64,000 nt of DNA from Candidatus Anstonellales archaeon (lineage in GTDB: Archaea > Micrarchaeota > Micrarchaeia > Anstonellales > J096), in contig JAWAFD010000001.1 of NCBI GenBank assembly GCA_038890745.1, positions 156,907 through 220,906 of the forward strand. Direction: 5' to 3'. The position numbers and the translations under genes are program-made. Below the pieces are notes generated by a model. It saw nothing but the letters and a program-made list of their open reading frames with translations. It made no database searches and had not been told where the DNA came from. Below, piece after piece: positions 52,727-63,287 of this stretch; position 1 is the stretch's first letter; each line of letters opens with the position of its first letter.

Positions 52727-54005
52727 GTTCTTCCCCTGTATACATACTTCTTTCGGTTATCTCACCCACAAAGTTCTGCATCATCTCTTCCTTTGCTTTT
52801 TTCGCATTCCTTTCATGCCCCAAAACCCAGGAAAGTTTAACAAAAGCGCATTCCGGAGTCCAGTCTGCAAGATGGCCTATTACCCCTATCTCTTTTAGTA
52901 TTCTTCCACTGGCGTACACATTCATGTTTATCCTTCCGTTTATGCACTGGCTAGCCATCGCAACAACAACATCGGATTCAACAAGCTCTCTTATCTTTCC
53001 AACAACCGGCTTCACGCTTTTTTCTCCGAAAGGATTTGTTGAAACATGACCCAACCCCGTCCCAACGATAACAATTCCTCTGTAATCAAAGAACACATCA
53101 AATATTTTTGGATTCATTCCAGGATAAAAATATATCAAACCAACCTCTTCGCTAAACCTATTATCAAACTTAATCCCGCCAGTATTTCTTTTTCTGTACT
53201 CAAAAGTTTTCTCAAATCTCTTTGTTCTGTAATCAACTTTTGCAAGCGGTGGAATGTTTATGCTTTTGAATGCATCCCGCCTACTCGTATGCATTTTTCT
53301 TACCTTCACCCCTCTATGAACAAATCCAAAATCGTCATTGGAGGTTGCATGCATCACAGCGACAACCTCACCCAAATCCTGTTTTGCAGTGAAGACAGCA
53401 TTGAGTAAATTCAGCTTGTTATCGCTGCTCGGCCTGTCTGCGCTTCTCTGCGCGCCAGTGAAAACAACAGGAACAGGAAGGTTTTGAATGGCAAAAGCCA
53501 TCGCAGAGCATGAGTAATGCATGGTATCTGTTCCATGCAGAACAACAATCCCCTTTGCCCCATCCTCTATCCCCTTTCTTATCTCATCAGCCATGATTCT
53601 CCAGTGCTCTTGATGCATATCTTCGCTCAAAACAGAAAAAACACTTTGCGCATCTATCGTTGCTATTTCCTCTATTTCCGGAAAAGTGGTTGCAAGCTCC
53701 TCTGCGCTCATGTAAGGATAGACAGCACCTGTTTTGTACTCAACCTTTGATGCAATCGTCCCTCCACATCCGAGAATTCTTATTTCCGCCTTTTTCCTTC
53801 TCCCGCTAACTTCCTTTGGCTTACTTATTTTTTCTTTTCCAACAATTTCGATTTTTTCCACATTCTTTCTATCCATTCCAACATTATACCCACTGTTTAA
53901 TTTTAAAACAATCCTTTCATTGTCCGTTTGCGGCATTACCATTCCTTCTATTGTTTTTCCCTTCCAAACAACCCTTACCCTATCTCCGCTTTCCATTTTA
54001 CTCAT
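52713..54005 (-). CDS. gatD: Glu-tRNA(Gln) amidotransferase subunit D
   Basis: KLNSGYNVG, GGTIAS, HGTDT, GAQRSADRPSSD. Confidence 0.95.
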   Translation of the reverse strand: MSKMESGDRVRVVWKGKTIEGMVMPQTDNERIVLKLNSGYNVGMDRKNVEKIEIVGKEKISKPKEVSGRRKKAEIRILGCGGTIASKVEYKTGAVYPYMSAEELATTFPEIEEIATIDAQSVFSVLSEDMHQEHWRIMADEIRKGIEDGAKGIVVLHGTDTMHYSCSAMAFAIQNLPVPVVFTGAQRSADRPSSDNKLNLLNAVFTAKQDLGEVVAVMHATSNDDFGFVHRGVKVRKMHTSRRDAFKSINIPPLAKVDYRTKRFEKTFEYRKRNTGGIKFDNRFSEEVGLIYFYPGMNPKIFDVFFDYRGIVIVGTGLGHVSTNPFGEKSVKPVVGKIRELVESDVVVAMASQCINGRINMNVYASGRILKEIGVIGHLADWTPECAFVKLSWVLGHERNAKKAKEEMMQNFVGEITERSMYTGEEHERI

Positions 54006-54937
54006 CCCATTAGCGCAACGAGTATTGCGTTCTGCGCATGCAATCTGTTCTCTGTTTCATCAAAAACAACGCTCCACTTCCCATCTATTACCTCATCCAC
54101 AACCTCATGCCCTCTATGCGCAGGCAGGCAGTGCATGAATATTGCATCCTTTTTTGCTTTTTTCATAACCTCCAGGTTCACCTGGTACGGTTTCAAATCA
54201 GCGAGCCTCTGCTGCTCGTTCTCCTGCCCCATGCTTACCCATGTATCTGTGATTACAACATCAGCACCATCCACCAAACTTACATCATGCCCGATTACTA
54301 TTTTGCCCTTTGCTTGTTTTTTGGCTTTCTCGAATACGTCTGGTTTTGGTATGTACTCAGGCTTTTTTGGGCATATTCCGTAAACATCTGCACCTAATTT
54401 CGAAAACCCTATCATTGTTGAGTGAAACATGTTAAAACCACAGTCCCCTAAGAAAACAACCTTCAGCCCTTTCACATCTCCTTTGTGCTCAAAAACGGTC
54501 ATCATATCTGCCATAGTTTGGCATGGATGGAACATATCTGTTAAGCCATTGATCACAGGAACGGTAGAATATTTTGCAAACTCCTCTATTGTGCTGTGCT
54601 TGTAAAGCCTGGCCATCACCCCATCCACATACCTTGAAAAAGTTCGTGCGGTATCCGCTATGCTCTCCCCCCTTCCCAGCTGGGTTGTTCTCATATCAAC
54701 ATAGAGTGCATGCCCCCCCAATTTTGTCATACCAACTTCAAAACTTACCCTCGTCCTTGTAGATGGTTTTTCGAAAAGAAGAGCCAAGCTCTTTCCCTTC
54801 AAATTTTTCTTTACCTTCCCTTTTTTCATCTTTATGGCCAGGTCGATAAGCTCCCTTACCTCGCTCTCTGTATAATCCAAAAGGGTTAGAAAATGCCTTC
54901 CCCTATATTTTTTCAGATTCATCTGCTCACCCGGCAC
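54002..54937 (-). CDS. argF: ornithine carbamoyltransferase
   Basis: STRTR, HPCQ, SMG, HCLP. Confidence 0.95.
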   Translation of the reverse strand: MPGEQMNLKKYRGRHFLTLLDYTESEVRELIDLAIKMKKGKVKKNLKGKSLALLFEKPSTRTRVSFEVGMTKLGGHALYVDMRTTQLGRGESIADTARTFSRYVDGVMARLYKHSTIEEFAKYSTVPVINGLTDMFHPCQTMADMMTVFEHKGDVKGLKVVFLGDCGFNMFHSTMIGFSKLGADVYGICPKKPEYIPKPDVFEKAKKQAKGKIVIGHDVSLVDGADVVITDTWVSMGQENEQQRLADLKPYQVNLEVMKKAKKDAIFMHCLPAHRGHEVVDEVIDGKWSVVFDETENRLHAQNAILVALMG

Positions 54938-54983
54938 TTATTCCAAATAAATGTTTTTAATGCTTGCGTTATCAATCAAAAAT

Positions 54984-55478
54984 ATGGAAAAGATTTTTGC
55001 GAATAGGCGGAGCATAAGAAGCTTCAAACCCAAACCAGTTGAGGAGAGCAAAATAAAAGAGATTATGGATGCGATAACCTCTGCCCCTTCAGCGGGAAAC
55101 CTCCAGGGCTACAGGGTTTTCTACACAAGAAAGAGCGAGGTTATAAAAAATGTTGCAGGGGCATGCTGGCAGGAATGGATAGAGGAAGCACCAGTTGTTT
55201 TTGTTTTTTTCGCAGACCCAAAAACCTCAGGGGCAAAATACGGAAAGAGGGGAGAAAGCCTTTATTGCATTCAGGATGCTACGATCGCGTGCGCGTATGC
55301 TCAGCTTCAGGCATCTGCCCTTGGGCTTGGTGCATGTTGGGTAGGGGCTTTTGATGATGAGAAAATAAAGGAAATTTTCAAAGCCCATTCCTTAATTCCG
55401 GTTGCTATCCTTCCGGTCGGTTATCCTAACGAATCCCCATTCCCAAGACAAAAGAAGAATAGAATTACGGAGATATGA
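54984..55478 (+). CDS. nitroreductase family protein
   Basis: RRSIRSF, APSAGNLQ, LGLGACWVGAF. Confidence 0.92.
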   Translation: MEKIFANRRSIRSFKPKPVEESKIKEIMDAITSAPSAGNLQGYRVFYTRKSEVIKNVAGACWQEWIEEAPVVFVFFADPKTSGAKYGKRGESLYCIQDATIACAYAQLQASALGLGACWVGAFDDEKIKEIFKAHSLIPVAILPVGYPNESPFPRQKKNRITEI

Positions 55479-55527
55479 TCAGAGTCAAGTCACCTCATCA
55501 TTAATCAGAGATCACTTCCATCATCAC
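55479..55527 (-). ncRNA. box C/D 2'-O-methylation guide sRNA
   Basis: Reverse complement reads GTGATGA-TGGAAGTGATCT-CTGA-TTA-ATGATGA-GGTGACTTGACT-CTGA (C, 12-nt guide, D', C', 12-nt guide, D); TATA-like box ~25 nt upstream. Confidence 0.9.
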
Positions 55528-55581
55528 TTATTCTATTTAACCAGCAGAAATGATTTTAAATGCTTTCTTTCAATTTTTTGC

Positions 55582-55821
55582 ATGAAAATAGAAAAGACAT
55601 TTGTTTGCAAAGGATGCGGAAACAAGCTGAACATAAACAGCGAGGTTGAACTTAACGAGATTGACCTTACACTTTTCGGCAAATGCCCGTACTGTGGAGC
55701 AACAGTCCAGGTTTCAGTGATAGTTGAGAAGAGCGCCCCGGCAGCAACGAACGTTGATGAGCAGGTGATAAAGGAAGAGATGGAGATACCTGCCGGAAGC
55801 TTGGACAACCTGTTCAAATAA
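55582..55821 (+). CDS. small zinc-ribbon protein
   Basis: CKGC...CPYC. Confidence 0.65.
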   Translation: MKIEKTFVCKGCGNKLNINSEVELNEIDLTLFGKCPYCGATVQVSVIVEKSAPAATNVDEQVIKEEMEIPAGSLDNLFK

Positions 55822-55858
55822 AACACTAAACTCCCCCATGGTTATGCATCGCTTTTCG

Positions 55859-56632
55859 CTATTCTAATTTATGCAAAACATCCGTCAATATTTCTATTTT
55901 TTCTATTTCATACGTTGGTTTATACCTTTTTGCTTTACCTATAAGAACGCTTCTCATCTTCATCCTCCTCGCCATCCTTATATCCGTTTCCTCACTATCT
56001 CCAACAACCAAAACCTCATCTTTTTTCAGCTCATTCTCTTTTAGTAAAAGATCAAGCACGAATCTTTCCGGCTTCCCAATCACAACCGGTTTTACACCGG
56101 TTGCAAATTCCAATCCTCTTACCGTCAGCCCGGCTCCAGGCAGCTCCCCATCCTCAACTGGATAGAATCTATCCTGATTTGAAGCTATAAAAAAAGCACC
56201 ATTTTTTATTGCTCTGAATGCAATGGAAAGCTTTTCATAGTTTAGAGTGGTATCAAAACCCACAGCAACAATTTCGGCTTTCTCCCCTTCTTTTCCTTCT
56301 TTAATCTCAAATCCCATTTTTTCTATCTCTTCAGCAAGCCCGCCTCCTGTGATTGTGTACACGCTTGTTGGTTTGAACCTATTTTTTAAATAAACAGCAA
56401 CGCCATAAGAAGAAACATATATCTCTTTCTCAGAGAAATCAAAACCCATTCCTCTAAGAAGTTTTGCATAGGAGCTTCTTGAATGGGAGGAGTTGTTTGA
56501 GAGAACGAATGTTTTGTAGTTTTCCCTGATTTTTCTTACGGTTTCCACGGCCCCTTCTGTTGGCGTTTTTCCCCTTATGAGCACCCCATCTACATCGAAT
56601 ATTACACCCTTAAGCCTAACCAATTCCATCAC
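55859..56632 (-). CDS. HAD-IIA (NagD-like) hydrolase
   Basis: FDVDGV, SNNS, GKP, GDSEETD. Confidence 0.92.
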   Translation of the reverse strand: MMELVRLKGVIFDVDGVLIRGKTPTEGAVETVRKIRENYKTFVLSNNSSHSRSSYAKLLRGMGFDFSEKEIYVSSYGVAVYLKNRFKPTSVYTITGGGLAEEIEKMGFEIKEGKEGEKAEIVAVGFDTTLNYEKLSIAFRAIKNGAFFIASNQDRFYPVEDGELPGAGLTVRGLEFATGVKPVVIGKPERFVLDLLLKENELKKDEVLVVGDSEETDIRMARRMKMRSVLIGKAKRYKPTYEIEKIEILTDVLHKLE

Positions 56633-56663
56633 CTTTTTATTATTTTCCTTTCAAATTTTGGAT

Positions 56664-58163
56664 ATGAGATTTAAAAACCTTTTAGTAGCACTTTTGCTCT
56701 TTGGAATAGTGTTTGGCGAGTTCGGCATCTCCCTTAACCCTACCGGTACGATTGAGGACGAAGAGCTCGAATCCATAAACGGGATTTTTTACGCTAACGG
56801 AAAACTTTATATCCTAAGCCCGGACCACGCAGGATATTTTGTATACAACCTAGAAACAAAGGATATGGACAAGAAAACATACGAAGAACTTAGCGGGCTT
56901 AGGGATATCTATGTTGATGAGAAGGGATACATGTACTTTACAAAATTCGGGAGCATATGGAAGAGAGCTCCATCCCTTAGACAAATCCGCGGGTACGATG
57001 GAGCGTACGGTATATGGAAGCTAGGTGACCTTTTCTACATTACAGATGACAAAGAGAATAGAATAGTTGTGATGGATGAGAACGGGGCAACGGTAAATTT
57101 TGTGGGTAGAAAGGGGGAGTACAATTTAATGTTTGACTCCCCAAAAGGAATATTCTACGATGAGGGAAAGTTTTATGTCGCGGACTATAACAACGGAAGG
57201 GTTCAGGTAATCTATGAAAACCTTACCCTTGCGGACATGTGCGGGCAGAAAAACATAAACATGCAGAGCGCGTACGATGTTTTTGTGGATGCGGACTATG
57301 TCTATGTTGTAGATAAAAGGGCAGGGGAGATTGTTTGGTTCACAAAGGACTGCTACCCAGTTTTCAGCTATGCCATCCAAGACCCTGTCGGGGTTTGGGT
57401 TGTGAACAACACACTTTTCATCGCCCAAGAGAATGGAAAAATACAAAGGTTTAATTATGAACGCATGACCCCTCTCCAATACATATTTTTGCAGATGAGG
57501 GAGTACATGGATGGAATAGACTATTACGAGAAACTTTATTATATCGGAAAAGAGATAGGTGTAAAGGGGGAGTGGAACATCCTTGCTTACTACCAAGCCA
57601 TGCAGGCAAAGTATGAAGAAAACAGGCCCGGTGAGGCATATTTCTATCTTAATCAGTTAAAATCATATGATCTGGCCGGTGAAACCTCAAAGCTTGAGAA
57701 TGCCATATCTTCGAAACTTCTTTCCCTTGCGGATGGAAGGTGGAATGAGAATAAGATTGTTGATGCGGTAAGAGCCAAAAACTTTGAGGAAGCACTCGAG
57801 CTTTTATCCGCAGAACAACCGTCCACCCAACCTACAAACATTACTAATGAACAAAACATAACCCAACCCGTGCAGAACATAACCAAAATACCAGAAGAGG
57901 TGTTTAGTGAGGTAGAAAAGAAGATTTCCAACCCTCCTCCGCTGGCGGATTATTCAAAGGCAAAAGAGTACTATGAAAAAGCTGTTGAATACAAAAAGAA
58001 AGACCCTCAGCTTGCGTACTCCTACCTCCAAAGCGCAAACAGCCTTATTGAGGAAGAGAACAAAAAGACATCCGTCTATCCACTCATAGCCCTTCTTGTA
58101 GTTGTTCTTGCCGGATTCGTGTTTTTCTTCCTTCAACAGAGAAAGAAAAAATGGAGGTATTAG
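56664..58163 (+). CDS. surface NHL/beta-propeller protein
   Basis: Signal peptide, FDSPKGI..YVADYNNGRVQ, C-terminal TM. Confidence 0.8.
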   Translation: MRFKNLLVALLLFGIVFGEFGISLNPTGTIEDEELESINGIFYANGKLYILSPDHAGYFVYNLETKDMDKKTYEELSGLRDIYVDEKGYMYFTKFGSIWKRAPSLRQIRGYDGAYGIWKLGDLFYITDDKENRIVVMDENGATVNFVGRKGEYNLMFDSPKGIFYDEGKFYVADYNNGRVQVIYENLTLADMCGQKNINMQSAYDVFVDADYVYVVDKRAGEIVWFTKDCYPVFSYAIQDPVGVWVVNNTLFIAQENGKIQRFNYERMTPLQYIFLQMREYMDGIDYYEKLYYIGKEIGVKGEWNILAYYQAMQAKYEENRPGEAYFYLNQLKSYDLAGETSKLENAISSKLLSLADGRWNENKIVDAVRAKNFEEALELLSAEQPSTQPTNITNEQNITQPVQNITKIPEEVFSEVEKKISNPPPLADYSKAKEYYEKAVEYKKKDPQLAYSYLQSANSLIEEENKKTSVYPLIALLVVVLAGFVFFFLQQRKKKWRY

Positions 58164-58777
58164 TCCTTTTTTCCGGCGGTAAGGATTCTGTTTTTGCTAC
58201 TTTCTGCGCCCTTCATACCGGCTGGGATGTTTCTCTCCTAACCGTTTTGGGTTATGATGAAAGCAAAATGTTTCATAAGCCAAATTTAAAATACACAAAA
58301 ATGCAGGCTGAGGCGATGGGACTAAAACATTATTTTGTTGAAAGCGATGATGAGCTTAACGGTGTTAAAAGGTTTTTGGAAAAAAACAATTTTGATGGGA
58401 TTGTTAGTGGAGCGATAGCAAGCGAATACCAAAAACAAAAAATAGACATGCTGGGCGAAGAGCTTGGGATTCCGACCTATTCTTTTCTTTGGCACAAAGA
58501 AAAACAGCTTCTTTCCGAAGTTCTGGAATATTTCGAGACATACATTGTTTCTGTTTCTGCTGAGGGTTTGGGGAAAGAGCTTTTGGGAAAGCCATTCCAA
58601 ATGCTGAGAACAAAATACCCGATCCATCCGTTGCTTGAAGGGGGAGAGGGAGAAACGTTCGTTGCATGGGCACCATTTTTCAAAAAAAGAATAAAGATTG
58701 AAAAGTGGAGGATAAAATGGGATGGGGTGAGGGGCGAGGCGGAGATAGAGAAAGCAAAGCTCATTTCACTCCGTTAG
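58151..58777 (+). CDS. diphthine--ammonia ligase family PP-loop ATPase
   Basis: SGGKDS, SGAIASEYQ, EGGEGET. Confidence 0.88.
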   Translation: MEVLVLFSGGKDSVFATFCALHTGWDVSLLTVLGYDESKMFHKPNLKYTKMQAEAMGLKHYFVESDDELNGVKRFLEKNNFDGIVSGAIASEYQKQKIDMLGEELGIPTYSFLWHKEKQLLSEVLEYFETYIVSVSAEGLGKELLGKPFQMLRTKYPIHPLLEGGEGETFVAWAPFFKKRIKIEKWRIKWDGVRGEAEIEKAKLISLR

Positions 58778-60602
58778 TCCTCCAAAACCTTTCCACATAT
58801 TTTTCTGGCTCATTCGTTATTACAAAACTCTCATCAGAAGAAAATAGTTTTTTGTAATTCTTCCACTTAAATCTTTCATCCATATAAACAATGGCTGCCC
58901 TATCTGTATGCTTCCTTATCGCCCTTCCAGCAGCCTGCATGGCTTTCATGATTGCTGGATAGATATACCCATACTCCCATCCTTTTCCGAATTTCTCCTG
59001 ATAGTAATCAATCAGCGCCTCAACCTCCAAACCCATCTCCTCCAAAGCAATCCCTGCTATGATAACAGTTTTTATCTGCCCCTTATTATAATCAATTCCT
59101 TCTGAAAGGGACCCTCCCTGCACAGCACAAAGCAATCCGCCCTCTTCGCTAAACCTCTTAAAAAGCTCATAAACCTCCTTTGGTCTCATTCCTTCTCTCT
59201 GCGCAAAAACCGGCCTTGTCTTAAGCATGGGCAGAACATTGTTCATGACCTTATAAGAGGCAAAGAAAACAGCAGTTCCTCCCGGTGTCATGCTCGCAAT
59301 TCCATCTATTTTCTCCGCAAACTTCTCATACTCCTCAAAGTTTCTTCTGCTATACTTGGTAGTCAGTCCCTCTACTATTATGTTTATTCTGTTCTCTTTT
59401 GAAAATGGTGAGCCATACTGCTTCATAACTGTTCTTTCTTTCTTCAGCCCCAATACATCCCGGTACATTTCAAGCGGAAGAAGGGTTCCGCTCATGAGGA
59501 TTAGAGAGTGCGCCTTTCCAAGCTCTGAGGTTGATATGCTCGGGTCTAGGAATTTTTTGCTTAAAGAAAAATACCCATCCTTTTTTCTTAGTATCCTCAC
59601 CGCAGAGGCTTCTTCCCCTTCCCAATTCTTTAAAAACTTTGCAAGTTTCAAGCAATAGCTTTTTCTTGTTGTTCTTTCCACCCATTCCAACCCAACAGCC
59701 TCAAAATACTCTGCCATCTCGCCAATTGGCATGTTGTAGTGTTCAACAAAAGAAGAAAACATCTCCTTCCCAAGAAGAATTTCTTTATTATCTCCCAAAA
59801 CTTCGCGCGCCCATTCATTAAAGGTTTTTTCCATTTTAGCATTCTCCAATCCCAATTGTTTCATCTCCTTATCCACTCTTCTCATCATAAAAGAATTGAT
59901 TGTTGTTGAAAGCTGTTCCCTCACCCTTTTTGGGAGGTTGTGCGCTTCATCCACTATGATTATAGAGTTCTCCAAACTTTTCTTTGTTTTAAGAAGAAAA
60001 AGCTGCCTCACACCCGGAATTGTCAAATGGAAATAGTCAGCAACTATCACTCTCGCTTTTTTAGCTAGCTCAACAGTCCATTCATACGGACATGCCTCAC
60101 ATTTTTTTCCGATCTCCACAACCTCAAGGTGGTTATAAGATTTATGAAAAAGTTTTTTGAAAAGCTCTTTTGCTTTTTGCTGCTCCGTTTTATTGTATCC
60201 TCTGGCTTTTTTATAATACTCGCACATTTCTTTTTTCCTCATTTTCTCGCATGCTTGGTAGAAAGAGTCCTGGTCCAACTCCTCCAGGGAAGGATGAATG
60301 CACATGTACCTCCTCCCAACAACATCAGCAGTGGGTATTCTCAAGCCATACTTTTCTTCTATTCCTTTCACAACATCCAGCGCTATTCTATGCTGGGAGA
60401 TTTTTGGGGTTAGGAAAAACACATCCAAGTTTTTCTCAAGGGCATGTGTAATCGCCGGGCTAAGAACAGCATCTGTTTTTCCCAACCCAACGGGGGCATG
60501 CGCAAGAAGGTGCATTCCCTTCTCTATAGCTTCGTATGTGTCGTTTACTAGCACATCCTGGTATTTTCTAAGTTTCTCATGCCTAAAATATATTTTTGCC
60601 AC
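58761..60602 (-). CDS. xpd: XPD/Rad3 FeS DNA helicase
   Basis: APVGLGKT, Cys cluster, DEAHN, SGTL, EGID, QAAGRAIR. Confidence 0.9.
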   Translation of the reverse strand: MAKIYFRHEKLRKYQDVLVNDTYEAIEKGMHLLAHAPVGLGKTDAVLSPAITHALEKNLDVFFLTPKISQHRIALDVVKGIEEKYGLRIPTADVVGRRYMCIHPSLEELDQDSFYQACEKMRKKEMCEYYKKARGYNKTEQQKAKELFKKLFHKSYNHLEVVEIGKKCEACPYEWTVELAKKARVIVADYFHLTIPGVRQLFLLKTKKSLENSIIIVDEAHNLPKRVREQLSTTINSFMMRRVDKEMKQLGLENAKMEKTFNEWAREVLGDNKEILLGKEMFSSFVEHYNMPIGEMAEYFEAVGLEWVERTTRKSYCLKLAKFLKNWEGEEASAVRILRKKDGYFSLSKKFLDPSISTSELGKAHSLILMSGTLLPLEMYRDVLGLKKERTVMKQYGSPFSKENRINIIVEGLTTKYSRRNFEEYEKFAEKIDGIASMTPGGTAVFFASYKVMNNVLPMLKTRPVFAQREGMRPKEVYELFKRFSEEGGLLCAVQGGSLSEGIDYNKGQIKTVIIAGIALEEMGLEVEALIDYYQEKFGKGWEYGYIYPAIMKAMQAAGRAIRKHTDRAAIVYMDERFKWKNYKKLFSSDESFVITNEPEKYVERFWRTNGVK

Positions 60603-60630
60603 AAAAAAATTTAGCAGTAAACCTTTATAA

Positions 60631-61317
60631 TTATGATTTAACCACTATTCCGCTCTTAGTAATCTCCATAGGGTAGAGCCTCATCTCATGCCTCGCTCCC
60701 TTCATTTTCAAGATTTCTATCATCCTTTCCCTCCTCTCCTCTCTCCATATATAATGGATGTGTATCCATCCATCCACAAGCGTTTCTATTCCGTATTTCG
60801 TTGATGGAAGAACATCCTGGGTTGTCGTTGGGGTATCCTCGGTGATTATGAATGTGGTTGTATTCCATTTCTTTATATTCTCTATGAGCTTCATGAACCC
60901 CCTCTTCCTCTCCAAATCCGTGTTGAAGTGAAGGGCGATGGGCATTATAGAATCTATCACAACCCTTTCGATCCCCATGGTTTCTATCAGCTCTTTTATG
61001 GGATTCATTTTTGAGATAAACTGATCTACTTCGTGTGGAGGGTAGTCAAGGAAAAAAAGCTTTTTGTTTTTTTCGAGAAAACTGATATTCCAAGAAAATT
61101 CGTTCATCTGTTCAACAACATCTTCCTTTGTGCTTTCTATCGGTATGTATAGGCCGGCCTCGCCCTGCTCTGCTCCACCCACGATAAAATTCATTCCAAA
61201 TGTGGATTTTCCGCAGCCGGTTGGTCCGCTTATCGCAATCACGCTTCTCTTAGGTATTCCTCCACCCAAAATTTTATCAAGTCCCTTTATACCTGATTTT
61301 ATAAGCTCCATTTTCAT
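60631..61317 (-). CDS. KaiC/RAD55-like RecA-fold ATPase
   Basis: SGIKGLD, GPTGCGKS, VVIDS, KMKG. Confidence 0.88.
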   Translation of the reverse strand: MKMELIKSGIKGLDKILGGGIPKRSVIAISGPTGCGKSTFGMNFIVGGAEQGEAGLYIPIESTKEDVVEQMNEFSWNISFLEKNKKLFFLDYPPHEVDQFISKMNPIKELIETMGIERVVIDSIMPIALHFNTDLERKRGFMKLIENIKKWNTTTFIITEDTPTTTQDVLPSTKYGIETLVDGWIHIHYIWREERRERMIEILKMKGARHEMRLYPMEITKSGIVVKS

Positions 61318-61808
61318 CCCTTCTTTCTGCTTTTTTCAAGAAGCATCCTTCCCAATTTTATTCTGTTTTCAAGCTCCTTTTTTATCCTTTCCAAATCCTC
61401 TTTTTTTGCAACCCTTTCTAGAATGTACTTTTTATTGTCAAACATCATCGTTGACACAGACATCAGGAGTTCGTGTGCATCAGCCATGCTAATTTTTATC
61501 TCCTCTGGCTCGAGTATTTCAACAGAGAATGGATTGTACTTTCCTACAAAATTGACTAGTGCGGGCATGCTCTTCGCAAGAAGCTTAACTTCTATCGCAG
61601 TGGAAACCACATCCTTATCTTGGATGGGTTCATCTATCTCTCCCTTAACATAAACTATCCCGGGCTCGCTCAACATTCTCTTTATAAAACCGGTTGAAAA
61701 CTCTTTTATTTTCTCGCTATCAGTTCCATGCACATCAAAATAGAGTAGTGCCAGCACACCCCCATTCTTCACGGTTTCCTTTATCAGTTTTTCTTCATTG
61801 ATCTCCAT
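61314..61808 (-). CDS. hypothetical protein
   Basis: 164-aa ORF co-oriented and overlapping with the KaiC-like gene. Confidence 0.6.
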   Translation of the reverse strand: MEINEEKLIKETVKNGGVLALLYFDVHGTDSEKIKEFSTGFIKRMLSEPGIVYVKGEIDEPIQDKDVVSTAIEVKLLAKSMPALVNFVGKYNPFSVEILEPEEIKISMADAHELLMSVSTMMFDNKKYILERVAKKEDLERIKKELENRIKLGRMLLEKSRKKG

Positions 61809-61875
61809 GCTATCGCTTTCTTTCTTATCAGAAAAACTTTATAAAGTTGCTATATAAAACAATATAGGGGTTTTT

Positions 61876-62652
61876 ATGAAGCTCAGGGAGAAGTTTATCA
61901 AAAAAGCGCGCGCTGGGATAAAAGAAGCCGGCGAAAAAAAGGATGCCTATCTTGCTAATGTTGAGAGAACGCTCGAAGAAATAGATGAGGTAATAAACAT
62001 TCTTGCGGAGAGGCTTGAAGACTGGTACGGGCTTTACTTTCCGGAGCTTAAAAGCGATGATAAGGCAAGGTACGCATCAATCGTTCTTGCAATAGAAGAT
62101 AGAAAAAATATAGATGTTGATGAGCTGCGCAAGATTGCGGGAAAGAATGCAGAAAAAATTGCTGAATTGGGAAAAAGAAGCAGCGGCGCAGAAGAGTTTG
62201 ACCTCTCAGAACCGAAAAAACTTGCTGGCGAGATTGTTTCTTTGGCTCAGCTTCGCTCCCACTATGAAAAAACTATTGAGAGGATTGCAAAAGAAATCTG
62301 CCCGAATGCAACAGAGATCGCAGGTGGGAGGATAGTTGCAATGCTGATTGCCCATGCCGGAAGTTTGGAAAGACTTTCAAAAATGCCTGCCTCAACCATA
62401 CAGGTTCTTGGCGCAGAAAAGGCACTCTTCAAACATCTTAGGAACAAGAAAAAGATTGCACCCCCAAAACACGGCATACTTTTTTTGCATCAGTGGATAA
62501 GCAAGGCACCGAAAAAAGTTCGTGGAAAACTTGCCAGGACTATTGCGGCAAAGCTCGCAATAGCGTTTAAGGTTGATTATGGAAAGGGAGGGTTTATAGG
62601 TGATAAATTAAAGGCGCAGATAGATAAAAGGAGGAGGGAGCTCCTAAAATGA
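61876..62652 (+). CDS. nop5: C/D box sRNP protein Nop5
   Basis: WYGLYFPE, PASTIQVLGAEKALF, PKHG. Confidence 0.93.
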   Translation: MKLREKFIKKARAGIKEAGEKKDAYLANVERTLEEIDEVINILAERLEDWYGLYFPELKSDDKARYASIVLAIEDRKNIDVDELRKIAGKNAEKIAELGKRSSGAEEFDLSEPKKLAGEIVSLAQLRSHYEKTIERIAKEICPNATEIAGGRIVAMLIAHAGSLERLSKMPASTIQVLGAEKALFKHLRNKKKIAPPKHGILFLHQWISKAPKKVRGKLARTIAAKLAIAFKVDYGKGGFIGDKLKAQIDKRRRELLK

Positions 62653-63287
62653 TCCGCATCCTCGCGCTTGCAGACCTGCACAATGATGAAATGGTTTTGG
62701 ACCGGCTGAGGGTTTTGGAATCGGATAGAAAGTATGATTATTTGGTTGTTGCCGGTGATGTTACCGGAAAAAATATAAGCTACGCACAGGATTTCATAAG
62801 CATCGTTCAGCAGGTATTCTGGGTTCCCGGGAATAATGAAAGTGAAGAGGTAAGAAGGATGTTTGAGGATGCAAAATTTTCTGTTCATGGAAAAAGGGTT
62901 GAGATAAAGGAAGGGTTTAATGTCGTTGGTTTTGGTTTCTCCACCCCAACCCCTTTCAAAACCCCAGGTGAGATGCCTGAGGAGGAGATATACGCCCATA
63001 TGTCTTCTCTGAAAATAGATGCAAACACCATTCTCATAACGCATTCCCCTCCCCATGGACTTTTTGACAGCATTGGGGAAGGGATAAACATAGGAAGTAG
63101 ATCGATTAGAAAAATCATAGAGGAGAAACAACCCAAGCTTGCGCTATTTGGTCATGTTCATGAGCACTTTGGCAAAGCAAACATTGGAAGGACGATATGC
63201 ATAAAAATACCGCATGCCCCATCCCTCAAAGCTGCTGCTGTTGAAATCAGGCACGGGCATGCAGAAGTGTATTTTGTGGAAATATGA
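62649..63287 (+). CDS. metallophosphoesterase
   Basis: DLH, GD, GNNE, HSPP, GHVHE. Confidence 0.9.
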   Translation: MIRILALADLHNDEMVLDRLRVLESDRKYDYLVVAGDVTGKNISYAQDFISIVQQVFWVPGNNESEEVRRMFEDAKFSVHGKRVEIKEGFNVVGFGFSTPTPFKTPGEMPEEEIYAHMSSLKIDANTILITHSPPHGLFDSIGEGINIGSRSIRKIIEEKQPKLALFGHVHEHFGKANIGRTICIKIPHAPSLKAAAVEIRHGHAEVYFVEI

